From NCBI GenBank assembly GCA_963789265.1, contig CAWBKB010000001.1:1824001-1888000 (forward strand): 64,000 nt of DNA. The letters run 5' to 3'. A program made the translations under genes and the position numbers. Position 1 is the first letter of the stretch; the number at the start of each line of letters is the position of its first letter. This DNA comes from an uncultured delta proteobacterium. GTDB taxonomy: Bacteria > Desulfobacterota > Desulfomonilia > Desulfomonilales > Desulfomonilaceae. Shown piece by piece: positions 30,500 through 39,784 of the stretch. The notes under the pieces are model-generated. The model was not told the DNA's origin. It worked only from the letters and a program-made list of their open reading frames with translations, and ran no database searches.

Positions 30500-32563
30500 A
30501 TGCGTCCGGATTTCGACAAGCTACTCGCCTGGATGAAGGTTGAATCGGCCACTGAGGAAGAGATCGAAGGGATGAAACTTCTGAAGCCGGGAGATCTTGA
30601 GATCTATACGGAAAAGCTGAACCAGTTCCTCTCGGAAGGCTACATCGTCTTCGAAAGGACAGGCATCAGCATGATGATACGTTCAGGGGATTGTGTGGTG
30701 GGGCTGTACACCGTGGAAGGCGACCTGGTCAACTGCTCCACGGGCTTGCTGATGCATGCAATATGGCCTGAACTCCTGTTGAAATGGTTGATCGAGAATT
30801 ATGTGATGAACCCGGAATCGAACGTAAAAGTCAAGGCGGGAGACATTTTCTACTCGAATGAGCCCCTTTACGGAGGCGTGCACTCTCCCGACCAGACCGC
30901 AATCATGCCGATCTTCAATGATGGAGAGCTAATCGGCTGGGCACTGGCCGCAGCACACACACCGGAGACGGGAGCCGTTACGCCCGGAGGGATGCCGCTT
31001 AGGGCGCTCAACCGATTTTACGAAGGCATGCGGCTCCCGCCGGTACGAATCGGTGAGAACTACGAGTTGCGGGATGACATGATGGAGATGATCTCCGATT
31101 ATATGATGAGGACCTCACGGGAGGCGATGAACGATGTAAAGGCAAGGGCCACAGCCTGTCGCCGGCTTGAAATGAGGATGGGCGAGTTCGCTCGTGAGAA
31201 AGGCAATCGGTTTGTCAAGGGACTAATGCGAAAGATGATCGCGGTTGGCGAAGAAGCCGCTCAAAAGCGGATCGCGAGCATTAATGACGGAACCTACAGG
31301 GCCATTACTTTCATCGATCACGTGGGCACAGAGGAGGCACTCTTGAGGTGCAGTGTCACGGCCAGGAAAAAGGGAGACAGCATAGAGTTCGACTTCACGG
31401 GAACGTCTCCCGAACATGATGCGGGCTCCTACCTTGCATTCCCACACATTGCGGTGGCCCATACAGCCATCTATGTCTTGCAGTATATTTTCTACGATCT
31501 TCCCATCGGAACCGCCGCCTATTCTCAGTTCAGGTGGTATTTCCCCAAGGGCTGCATCTTCAACGCCGACGAGATGGCCCCCACTTCCAGGGCACCCTCG
31601 CTCTGTGCCATCGTGTTCAATGCCTTCTACGATCTATTTGCAAAGATGTTGTTCGACACGGATCTGCGCCCGCAGATTGCAGCTGCCACTGGAGTCGGCT
31701 CATCTATGAACATTGCTGGTGTGACTCAAAAGGGTGTGCGTGTTTCGGACATGCTGAACTACCCATTTAACACCGAAGGGCAAGGTGCGCGGTACGAACT
31801 GGACGGCTGCGACAGCAATTCCTTTTTGTTTACACCGGTATCACGCGGGTACGATGCCGAGGAGACGGAAGAAGAAATGCCGCTATTACACCTTTACCAG
31901 AGGCACCGGACCGACAGTTGTGGATTCGGGAAGTACCGCGGAGGATCGGGGGTCGAGTCGGCGTATGTAATCCACCAGGTTCCTGAGGTCGCCATGTTCA
32001 GTGGAGGAAGGGAGACACATATTCGTACGACCAGGGGGCTCTTTGGCGGTTATCCGGGGAGTACCAAACCGGGAATTGAGATCCACGACACAGATGTTTG
32101 GAAAAAACTGGCCAATGGGGAAAAAGATATCCCGACGTCAACGGCAGAACTTATTACCGACAGGAAAATTGTCGGCCAGTACAAAGTCACCCATAACACT
32201 CGCGAATACCACCTTGTAAAGAATGGCGATGTGATCGTCCACCTTAATTCCGGAGGGGCCGGCTATGGAGACGTGCTGTTCCGCGAGCCCGAGAAGGTGA
32301 TGGAAGATCTACGAGATCAGATCATATCGCACTGGACCGCTCAGAATGTCTACAAAGTGGCATACGATCGAGAGACTCTCGTACCCGACGTCGAGGCAAC
32401 CGAAAGAGAGCGCCGCAAGGAGCGCGAGACTAGGATAGAACGCGGAAAACCCTATCGAGAATTTGAGCGGGAATGGCTGGTGAAACGGGCCCCCGAACAG
32501 GCGCTGAAACACTGGGGCACATGGCCGGACGGCAAGCAAACGAAACGTATAGTGAGATTTTGA
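30500..32563 (+). CDS. Hydantoinase B/oxoprolinase-family catalytic subunit (ApcD-like)
   Basis: NEPLYGGVHSPD...AHTPETG metal-site motifs, GKYRGGSG, GGAGYGD; AAGGAG Shine-Dalgarno before ATG 30500. Confidence 0.9.
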   Translation: MRPDFDKLLAWMKVESATEEEIEGMKLLKPGDLEIYTEKLNQFLSEGYIVFERTGISMMIRSGDCVVGLYTVEGDLVNCSTGLLMHAIWPELLLKWLIENYVMNPESNVKVKAGDIFYSNEPLYGGVHSPDQTAIMPIFNDGELIGWALAAAHTPETGAVTPGGMPLRALNRFYEGMRLPPVRIGENYELRDDMMEMISDYMMRTSREAMNDVKARATACRRLEMRMGEFAREKGNRFVKGLMRKMIAVGEEAAQKRIASINDGTYRAITFIDHVGTEEALLRCSVTARKKGDSIEFDFTGTSPEHDAGSYLAFPHIAVAHTAIYVLQYIFYDLPIGTAAYSQFRWYFPKGCIFNADEMAPTSRAPSLCAIVFNAFYDLFAKMLFDTDLRPQIAAATGVGSSMNIAGVTQKGVRVSDMLNYPFNTEGQGARYELDGCDSNSFLFTPVSRGYDAEETEEEMPLLHLYQRHRTDSCGFGKYRGGSGVESAYVIHQVPEVAMFSGGRETHIRTTRGLFGGYPGSTKPGIEIHDTDVWKKLANGEKDIPTSTAELITDRKIVGQYKVTHNTREYHLVKNGDVIVHLNSGGAGYGDVLFREPEKVMEDLRDQIISHWTAQNVYKVAYDRETLVPDVEATERERRKERETRIERGKPYREFEREWLVKRAPEQALKHWGTWPDGKQTKRIVRF

Positions 32564-32573
32564 GGGAAACACC

Positions 32574-33383
32574 ATGAAATTGAACGCGGCAATACGAATA
32601 AACGTTTCACAAACGGACGCGACCTTTGAAACTGATGAAGGCCGAGCGATACAGGTGGAGTGCGTCAATGGCAAGGATCCTTCTTTCGACTGCTTTGTTC
32701 AAGCTATAGAACAGGGGGCTAACATCCTGGAGCAGACGCCTGAAGAGATGGTCAGGCAACTTGCGGTCGTGCGTGTGTCCGTGCCCGCTGTAGCAGACAC
32801 GATCGTCGCCAAGAGGCTCGGGACTCGAATTGGGCTGATAGTTACCCGGGCGGAAGAGACCACCGCTCAATGGAAAACAGCCACGGCAGATCCAGAGTTT
32901 AATTTTGTCATTTCCCCGGAAATGATAGTCACTGTAAGGGAGGAAGTAAGCGATGCGGGGCAAAGGATCATCGCACCAGATCGCGATGAGATCAGGGACA
33001 AGGTGAGGTACCTGCTCGAACGCGGTGTTGGCGCCCTTGTCGTTAGTTTCCGAAATGGCCGAATCAATCCTGCGAATGAGAAAACAGTTAAAGAGTTCAT
33101 AGAATCGGATTATCCGAGACATTACCTCGGTGCGGTGCCGGTGTTCATAGCGAGTGATTTCTCGGCAGAGCAGGATGACTTCCGCAGGGCCAAGGGCTGC
33201 CTGCTCAATGTCTACTGCTGGGCGGGCGTGGACGATGCAATTGGCAGGATGCAAACCTACCTCAGAGAGCGAAAATTCGTGGGATCTTTCTTTATCTCGG
33301 ACGCCACAGGGGATTCCTTTTCAAGAGCGGGCCTGATCCCTCTCAGCACCTCCGGTGCGCTGGCCTCGCTGCATCTGTCATAG
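32574..33383 (+). CDS. Hydantoinase N-terminal-domain-only protein (truncated ApcA-like)
   Basis: RIGLIVT, VVSFRNGRINPANE, DYPRHYLGAVPV; degenerate phosphate-1 motif; 269 aa. Confidence 0.75.
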   Translation: MKLNAAIRINVSQTDATFETDEGRAIQVECVNGKDPSFDCFVQAIEQGANILEQTPEEMVRQLAVVRVSVPAVADTIVAKRLGTRIGLIVTRAEETTAQWKTATADPEFNFVISPEMIVTVREEVSDAGQRIIAPDRDEIRDKVRYLLERGVGALVVSFRNGRINPANEKTVKEFIESDYPRHYLGAVPVFIASDFSAEQDDFRRAKGCLLNVYCWAGVDDAIGRMQTYLRERKFVGSFFISDATGDSFSRAGLIPLSTSGALASLHLS

Positions 33384-33417
33384 GCACGGCAGCCGTCGCG
33401 AAGGAGTTCAAGCCGGT

Positions 33418-34680
33418 ATGGCGAAGACAATCGTAATAATTGGTTCACTGGATACCAAGGGAGAGCAAATTCGGTTTCTGAAAGATCGAGTTCAAGCCAG
33501 AGGCCATCGGGCGCTCATCATGGACGTGAGCATGGGGTCAAGCTCTGGATTCGAAGGAGATATTACCCCTCGAGAGATCGCGAGTCTTGTGGGCAAAGAC
33601 ATTGCCGAGATCGTGGGATCCGATGACAGACTCTTCAAGACAGATGTCATGACCGCTGGCGCTCGGCAGAAAATGCTCGACCTCCTTGCAAAAGGCGAGG
33701 TAGATGGAGCTGTGGCGCTGGGAGGGGCCACGATCACGCTCCTTGGGTCCCGCGCGATGCAAGTGCTTCCCTTCGGAATCCCCAAGGTGATTGCGACGTC
33801 CGCGGCCATGCCCGTGTATGTCAGTCAGTGGTTCGAGGCTATGGATATCCTCGTCATGCAGATAATCATGGAATTCACCGGGATGAATGAATTGCTCACA
33901 CACGCACTCGGGCAAGTGGCGGGGGTTATTTCGGGCATCGTAGAAGAAAGCCGTCATCCTTCATCGCTTCGCCTGCCTTACCCCTCAATCGCCATAACCG
34001 AAATAGGGTTTTCTCCTCAATGCACACGGCAAGTCGAGAGTCTGCTCGAGGCCAACCAGTGGAACGTGTTCACCTTTCATGCCCAGGGTATCAGCGACAG
34101 GGCAATGGATCGTCTTATTTCCCAAGGTTTTTTTGACGGCGTCATTGACGTCGTGCCCGCCGGCGTCATCGAGGAAATGTTCGGCGGCAATCGTGCTGCG
34201 GGAAAAGAAAGGCTTGATGCAGTCTGCGAAAGAGGTATTCCGATGGTGCTCGCCCCCTGCTGCATTAATCTAACCGGGTGCGGAGCCACTCGAACCAATC
34301 GCGAGAAGTATGCTTCCAGACCCCATATAAAAATAGATGAATTAAGGGCCATGACACGTTTTGACGATGGAGAACTCACCGCGGCTGCGCGGGCTTACGC
34401 TGATAAGCTGAACAGAGCAAAGGGACCGGTGCGCTTCGTGGTGCCCTTGAAGGGTTGGTCTGCCATCGATAGGGAAGGTACCGTTCTATACAATCCGGAA
34501 AAGGACCGGATATTCATTGACAAGCTTAGGGAAAAGCTCAATCCGAGCATCCGGATCGTGGAAGTTCCAAACAACCTGGAAGACATGGACTTTGCCAGGG
34601 CGCTTGTTGATAACTTTACCGAGATTTTCAACGGACAAACCACCGATGACCGTGGCCGGAAGGCCGCAGGGGTAGAATAG
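33418..34680 (+). CDS. Tm-1-like ATP-binding domain protein (UPF0261)
   Basis: IIGSLDTKGE, LPFGIPKVI, FHAQG, PLKGWSAID. Confidence 0.9.
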   Translation: MAKTIVIIGSLDTKGEQIRFLKDRVQARGHRALIMDVSMGSSSGFEGDITPREIASLVGKDIAEIVGSDDRLFKTDVMTAGARQKMLDLLAKGEVDGAVALGGATITLLGSRAMQVLPFGIPKVIATSAAMPVYVSQWFEAMDILVMQIIMEFTGMNELLTHALGQVAGVISGIVEESRHPSSLRLPYPSIAITEIGFSPQCTRQVESLLEANQWNVFTFHAQGISDRAMDRLISQGFFDGVIDVVPAGVIEEMFGGNRAAGKERLDAVCERGIPMVLAPCCINLTGCGATRTNREKYASRPHIKIDELRAMTRFDDGELTAAARAYADKLNRAKGPVRFVVPLKGWSAIDREGTVLYNPEKDRIFIDKLREKLNPSIRIVEVPNNLEDMDFARALVDNFTEIFNGQTTDDRGRKAAGVE

Positions 34681-34737
34681 GATCAAAGAAAAAGGTGACT
34701 GTTCACAGGGAAAGCGGCCTGTCCGCCTTTGAACTCG

Positions 34738-34806
34738 GCCGCCAGAGACGCCGGCCCCACCTGCAACCGTAGGAACGCCCTCCGTGCCGGTTCCCGGATG
34801 CCGGTA
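34738..34806. repeat. GTAG/GTGG-type REP doublet
   Basis: GCCAGAGACGCCGGCCCCAC...GTAGGAACGCCCTCCGTGCCGGTTCC...ATGCCGGT; related to the flanks of the 50642-52529 MITE. Confidence 0.55.
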
Positions 34807-34855
34807 AACCGTCACGAAAGAAATTCAGCCGGGGTCAAGGCAAGGGAGATGATGG

Positions 34856-36295
34856 ATGGCAGGTATTCTTTCGTACGGAACATATATCCCTCTTTGGCGA
34901 CTGAGCCGGACAATGATCGAGCCTGGCGGAAAAGGTGAGAAAGTCGTTGCCGGGTATGACGAGGACAGCGTCACGATGGGCGTTGCCGCCGGTCTGGAGT
35001 GTCTCAAGGGATTGAACAGGCAGTCCGTCGACGGCTTGTATTTCGCTTCGACGACGGCTCCGTATAAAGAGAAACTCGCGGCAACCATTGTGGCGACAGC
35101 TCTGGACCTGCGCCGGGACTTGCTGGTGGCTGATTTTGCCAATTCCTTGAGAGCCGGGACGATAGCGCTCAGGGCGGCTCTTGATGCGGTCAAGGCCGGC
35201 ACGGCGGGTCAGGTGCTGGTAGTTGCGGCGGATTGTCGCCTGGGTGCTCCTGGGTCTGAATGGGAGCAGAAGTGTGCTGACGGTGCGGCGGCCGTGCTGA
35301 TAGGCGGATCGGGGCTGATTTCTGAGGCGGGGCACTGCTTCTCGGTCTGTGATGAAATACTCGACGTGTGGCGGTCGCAAGAAGATCGTTTCGTCCGGGC
35401 ATGGGAGAACCGGTTCGTGGCTGCCGAAGGGTACGTCAGAGTGACAAGAGATGCAGTGACGGGTTTGATGACAAAGTACGGTCTCAGCCCCGACGAATTC
35501 ACCAAGATTGTGATTGCAGTGCCTGATAAGCGGAGGCAGGCTCAGCTTGCCGGAATACTCGGATTTGATGCCGCGAGGCATTTGCAAGATTCTTTGCTGG
35601 ATTCGGTCGGGGACTGCGGCACTGCATATCCGCTCATGCTCCTCGCTTCCGCACTGGAACGGGCGGCCGCGGGCGACACGATCCTCCTGTCCGCATACGG
35701 AAACGGGAGCGACGCCTATACGTTCAAAGTAACAGACCGGGCAGCCGCACCAGTGGACAGGCGCACCATAGACGACTACCTGCTGTCAAAGAAGACAATT
35801 CCCAGCTATGCCGCATACCTGCACTGGAAAGGGCTATTGCCGGAGCAGAATCCGCCATATCCTCTCGGCGAGATATCTGCTCCTGCGCTATGGAGGGAGC
35901 GTGAACAGAATATGCGGCTCTATGCAGGCAGATGCACGGTATGCGGCGCCATCCAGCATCCTCCGCAGAGGGTCTGCGTCAAATGTCGGGCCAAAGACCA
36001 GTTCGAATACGTGAGACTTTCCGACAAGAGGGGCGAATTGGTCACCTACTCGGTTGATTACGTGGAAGGCAATTCAGGCGTGCCCGCAGTCCTCTGCGTC
36101 GTCAACTTCGAGGGCGGAGGCCGGATAGACTGCTCCATGACAGATTGGACTACTCTTGAGGAGATTAAGATCGGCATGACCTTGGAGATGACCTTCAGGA
36201 AACTCTATGTGAGGGACGGAATCCATCAGTATCTCTGGAAATGCGCGCCACCGAGGACATGCGGATCGACAGGGAACAGCCAATGGAAAGCATAA
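34856..36295 (+). CDS. HMG-CoA-synthase-like/DUF35 (Zn-ribbon + OB-fold) fusion, thiolase partner
   Basis: DEDSVTMG, FASTTAPY, ADGAAA; C-terminal CTVC...CVKC and OB fold. Confidence 0.85.
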   Translation: MAGILSYGTYIPLWRLSRTMIEPGGKGEKVVAGYDEDSVTMGVAAGLECLKGLNRQSVDGLYFASTTAPYKEKLAATIVATALDLRRDLLVADFANSLRAGTIALRAALDAVKAGTAGQVLVVAADCRLGAPGSEWEQKCADGAAAVLIGGSGLISEAGHCFSVCDEILDVWRSQEDRFVRAWENRFVAAEGYVRVTRDAVTGLMTKYGLSPDEFTKIVIAVPDKRRQAQLAGILGFDAARHLQDSLLDSVGDCGTAYPLMLLASALERAAAGDTILLSAYGNGSDAYTFKVTDRAAAPVDRRTIDDYLLSKKTIPSYAAYLHWKGLLPEQNPPYPLGEISAPALWREREQNMRLYAGRCTVCGAIQHPPQRVCVKCRAKDQFEYVRLSDKRGELVTYSVDYVEGNSGVPAVLCVVNFEGGGRIDCSMTDWTTLEEIKIGMTLEMTFRKLYVRDGIHQYLWKCAPPRTCGSTGNSQWKA

Positions 36296-37464
36296 AAGAC
36301 AAAGTTGCCGTCATCGGTATGGGCTGCACGCAGTTCGGTGAGTTGTGGGACAAAGGTCCGCACGACCTTATCGTCGATGCTTGTTCCGAGGCGCTCGAGG
36401 ATGCGGGGATCGAATCCACCGACATACAGCATGCGTGGTTTGCCAGTCTCGTGTCCGGCGCGTCAGGGGCTCGCCTGTCAAGCGCATTCAAGCTCCCGTA
36501 TATACCTATTACCCGGGTCGAGAACTTCTGTTCAGGCGGCAGCCATGCTTTCGGAAACGCGTGCTACGCTGTTGCCGCAGGTGTATGCGATATCGCTCTT
36601 GCCTGTGGGGTGGAGAAATTAAAGGACCGCCCCGGCGGTTTCGCTTATCCGAACCCCGAGCCGTTCGACTCAAGCAAAATCATATCCGAGTTGCTCCCGG
36701 CAAACATGTTCGCTCATATTGCCGTCAAGTACTTCGAAGAGAAGAGTTGGACCTGTGAAGAAGGCAGGCGGATTCTGGCCAAGATCGCGGTAAAGAACCA
36801 TCATAACGGGACGCTCAATCCTAAAGCCCATCTTCATCGCGAGATCACGGAAGACGACGTGCTGAGAGCTCCTATGGTGGTCTACCCCTTTGGACTTTAT
36901 GACTGCTGTGGTGTCAGTGACGGAGCGGCCGCGGCAATCATCTGTAGGGCCGACATGGCCAAAAGCTTTCGCGACGACTACGTACTGGTCAAGGCTGTAT
37001 CCTTTGCTTCCGGATCCGGTGAATCGCGCTTCTGCGACGACTATGACTATCTCGACATCCCTGAGACCACAATAGCTGCCAAAAGGGCGTATGAGCAAGC
37101 CGGAATAAAGAACCCGCGCAAGGAGATTTCCCTTGCCGAGATTCATGATTGCTTCACCATCCACGAGTTAGTCCTGTACGAGCAGCTTGGTTTCAGCCCG
37201 CGATTGAAGGCTTCGCAAGACGTTGAAGCAGAGGCCTTTACGTTGAATGGAGAACTGCCGGTCAATCCCGACGGCGGTCTGAAATGCTTCGGCCACCCGC
37301 TTTCCGCGACCGGCTTGCGTATGATTTACGAGGTGTACAAGCAGCTTCAAGGAAAGGCGGGCCAGCGACAGATCAAGAATGCATCAATAGGACTTACTCA
37401 GAATGTCGGAGGAATGGTGGGGTTCTTCAACGCGGCTGTACTGCTCTTCGGCACGAGGTCATAA
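36283..37464 (+). CDS. Thiolase (SCP2/archaeal-type acetyl-CoA acetyltransferase)
   Basis: RVENFCSGG, KNHHNG, SDGAAA, AEIHDCF, GHPLSATG. Confidence 0.92.
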   Translation: MESIKDKVAVIGMGCTQFGELWDKGPHDLIVDACSEALEDAGIESTDIQHAWFASLVSGASGARLSSAFKLPYIPITRVENFCSGGSHAFGNACYAVAAGVCDIALACGVEKLKDRPGGFAYPNPEPFDSSKIISELLPANMFAHIAVKYFEEKSWTCEEGRRILAKIAVKNHHNGTLNPKAHLHREITEDDVLRAPMVVYPFGLYDCCGVSDGAAAAIICRADMAKSFRDDYVLVKAVSFASGSGESRFCDDYDYLDIPETTIAAKRAYEQAGIKNPRKEISLAEIHDCFTIHELVLYEQLGFSPRLKASQDVEAEAFTLNGELPVNPDGGLKCFGHPLSATGLRMIYEVYKQLQGKAGQRQIKNASIGLTQNVGGMVGFFNAAVLLFGTRS

Positions 37465-37482
37465 ACTGTCAGGGGGTTTGTA

Positions 37483-39075
37483 ATGGAAGTTTCCGTACCA
37501 AGGGTCCTGGGAGAACTGATCGCGGACAGGGCAAAGACGAACAAGGATAGAATCTTCCTACGTTTCAAGGACCGGAATATTACTTATGGACAGATCGATC
37601 GTTTCTCGAACCGCTGTGCTAACGCATTTCAAGAGTTGGGAATAGCCAAAGGGGACAAGGTGAGCATTATGCTCCCGAACTGCCCCGAGTTTCTATATGT
37701 CTGGTTCGGCCTGGCAAAGTGCGGAGCAGTGGAAGTTCCGGCCAATACATCCTATAAGGGGGAGTTCCTGAGGCATATTGTCGATCAGTCGGATTCCAGG
37801 TTCCTTGTCATAGCTAATGAATTTCTGGACCGCCTGACGCTGATCCAGGATCGGTTGAAGAAGCTCGAAAAGGTGATAGTCCTGGGAGGACCGCCAAAAC
37901 GGGAAGGTAACGGACTAAAGTTCCCTATCATGGGCTTTGATGACTTCTTCGACACCAGCGACTCTCCGGTCGATATAGTGGTCCATCCCTCCGACTCGCT
38001 CAGCATAATCTACACTTCGGGGACAACCGGCGTCTCAAAGGGTGCCTTGGGATCCCATAATTTCTGGATAATCTGCGCTGAAAAAATGCTTGCGTACAGG
38101 GAAGGCGGAAAGGAAGACATTTTCCTGACCTTCTTGCCGCTATATCATTTCAATGCACAAGTCCTCACCACTGTTACAGTTCTTGTGGCGGAAGCGGAGA
38201 TGGTCCTCCTGGACCGCTTCAGTGCGTCTCGTTTCTGGGATGAGGTACGTCATTACGGAGCAACTCAGTTCAACTATCTGGGAGCGGTGATGCCGATTCT
38301 GGCCAAGCAGCCCGAGCGGAATGACGACGCGGACAACCCGGCCCGCATTGCCCTGGGCGCAGGGTGTCCTCCGTCAGTTATGGAAGAAGTGGAAAAAAGA
38401 TTCGGCATAAAGTGCTTGGAAGGATTCGGCATGACGGAGATAGGTATTCCGATCCATGTGGACGCCGGCGACAGGAGGCACGGTTCCTGTGGAAAACCGA
38501 TGGATATCTACGAGGTAAAATTATTTGACGATCATGACAAAGAGGTACCGGCAGGAGAAATTGGCGAGATCGTATTTCGGCCTCGGGTACCGTTCGTGAT
38601 GATGTCCGAATATTACAACATGCCTGAAAAGACCGTGGAAGCCTGCCGGAATCTGTGGTTTCACACCGGCGATTTGGCCAAGAAGGATGAAGACGGTTAC
38701 TTCTATTTTGTTGACAGAAAGAAAGATGCACTCAGAAGACGGGGGGAAAACATTTCTTCTTTCGAGGTGGAGAGGGCGATCAATACGCATCCCGGAATTC
38801 TCGAATCAGCAGCCGTTGCTGTCCAATCCGAGTTAGCCGAAGATGAGGTGAAAATATGCGTTGTGCTGAAGCCGGGCGAGACCCTCGCCCCCGAAGAGTT
38901 GGTGGCGTATGCCAATGACAGGATGCCTTACTTCGCTGTGCCGCGATATGTGGAATTTATGGAGAGTCTGCCGAAGACCCCGACGGAGCGGGTGCAAAAA
39001 TATTTACTCAAACAGGCAGGCGTTACGGCGAACACATGGGATAGGGAAAAGGCCGGGGTGAAAGTTTCAAGATGA
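37483..39075 (+). CDS. ATP-dependent acyl-CoA ligase (CaiC-like)
   Basis: YTSGTTGVSKG, RFSASRFWD, FGMTE, DRKKDALRRRGENISS. Confidence 0.93.
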   Translation: MEVSVPRVLGELIADRAKTNKDRIFLRFKDRNITYGQIDRFSNRCANAFQELGIAKGDKVSIMLPNCPEFLYVWFGLAKCGAVEVPANTSYKGEFLRHIVDQSDSRFLVIANEFLDRLTLIQDRLKKLEKVIVLGGPPKREGNGLKFPIMGFDDFFDTSDSPVDIVVHPSDSLSIIYTSGTTGVSKGALGSHNFWIICAEKMLAYREGGKEDIFLTFLPLYHFNAQVLTTVTVLVAEAEMVLLDRFSASRFWDEVRHYGATQFNYLGAVMPILAKQPERNDDADNPARIALGAGCPPSVMEEVEKRFGIKCLEGFGMTEIGIPIHVDAGDRRHGSCGKPMDIYEVKLFDDHDKEVPAGEIGEIVFRPRVPFVMMSEYYNMPEKTVEACRNLWFHTGDLAKKDEDGYFYFVDRKKDALRRRGENISSFEVERAINTHPGILESAAVAVQSELAEDEVKICVVLKPGETLAPEELVAYANDRMPYFAVPRYVEFMESLPKTPTERVQKYLLKQAGVTANTWDREKAGVKVSR

Positions 39076-39155
39076 CGGTGTGCGAATACCGGCCGGGGTT
39101 TTCGATTCCAAGAGGTGCCGGGAAGAGGGCAACAGGCAATTTGAACTAAACTTGG

Positions 39156-39185
39156 CTTATGACTTCATAAGCAAATGGCTCTTGC
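39156..39185 (+). promoter_or_regulatory. Conserved 30-bp regulator-binding motif, copy 2
   Basis: CTTATGACTTCATAAGCAAATGGCTCTTGC. Confidence 0.75.
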
Positions 39186-39784
39186 CTAAGTCTTTGCATG
39201 TGCTAAAAAAGTCAAATCAAGAGATGAACGCCTGCCGGCGGACAGCTTTCCGATTCCCCTGCCGTGCGCTGTTCCGTACCGGAGATAGCAGTATCAGGGT
39301 CATAGACAAGTAACTCTTTTTCCATCATTTCTCCACCTGTTGTTGTTCTGGGTCCGAGATAGCAGTGTCAATGTCATAGATATGGTCTGTGCCACGGCTT
39401 GTGTCTGATATGTCATGAGCCCTCGGCGGCGATTTTCCGCTCCCAATAGTGTCGGACCGTTGGAGACAATGCCTGGGATCTCGGCGATGAGAATAGATCC
39501 GACGAATCAGCTCTTCGACCCGATGGTAAACCGGTATGACGAGATAAGGGCTGAAAGGAGGTGGATAACTGCGGGTACTGAATGCGATTTCCCGGATGAT
39601 CCAGCCTTTTCGGCGGCGGATGACCGCCAAAGGGCACTCTTTAGGGACTGAGTGAGAGGGGGAGTCTCCGCGTGAAATGAAAATCGGGAACATAGGGACG
39701 CCCGGCTTTGGTGGCGTGGAGAGACTCTGCGAGTCGCGGAAGAGGCTCCTTGAACCACTCCCAAACGGACAAGGAGGAGCACTT

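Noticed and set aside
34856..37464. Mevalonate pathway (HMG-CoA synthase plus thiolase)
   Set aside because: The catalytic Cys is absent, no HMG-CoA reductase or mevalonate kinases are nearby, and the context is catabolic.
39320..39651. In-frame TGA after CATACV upstream of ORF 39415, a possible selenocysteine read-through
   Set aside because: No recognisable selenoprotein family or convincing SECIS hairpin, and no supported start codon.
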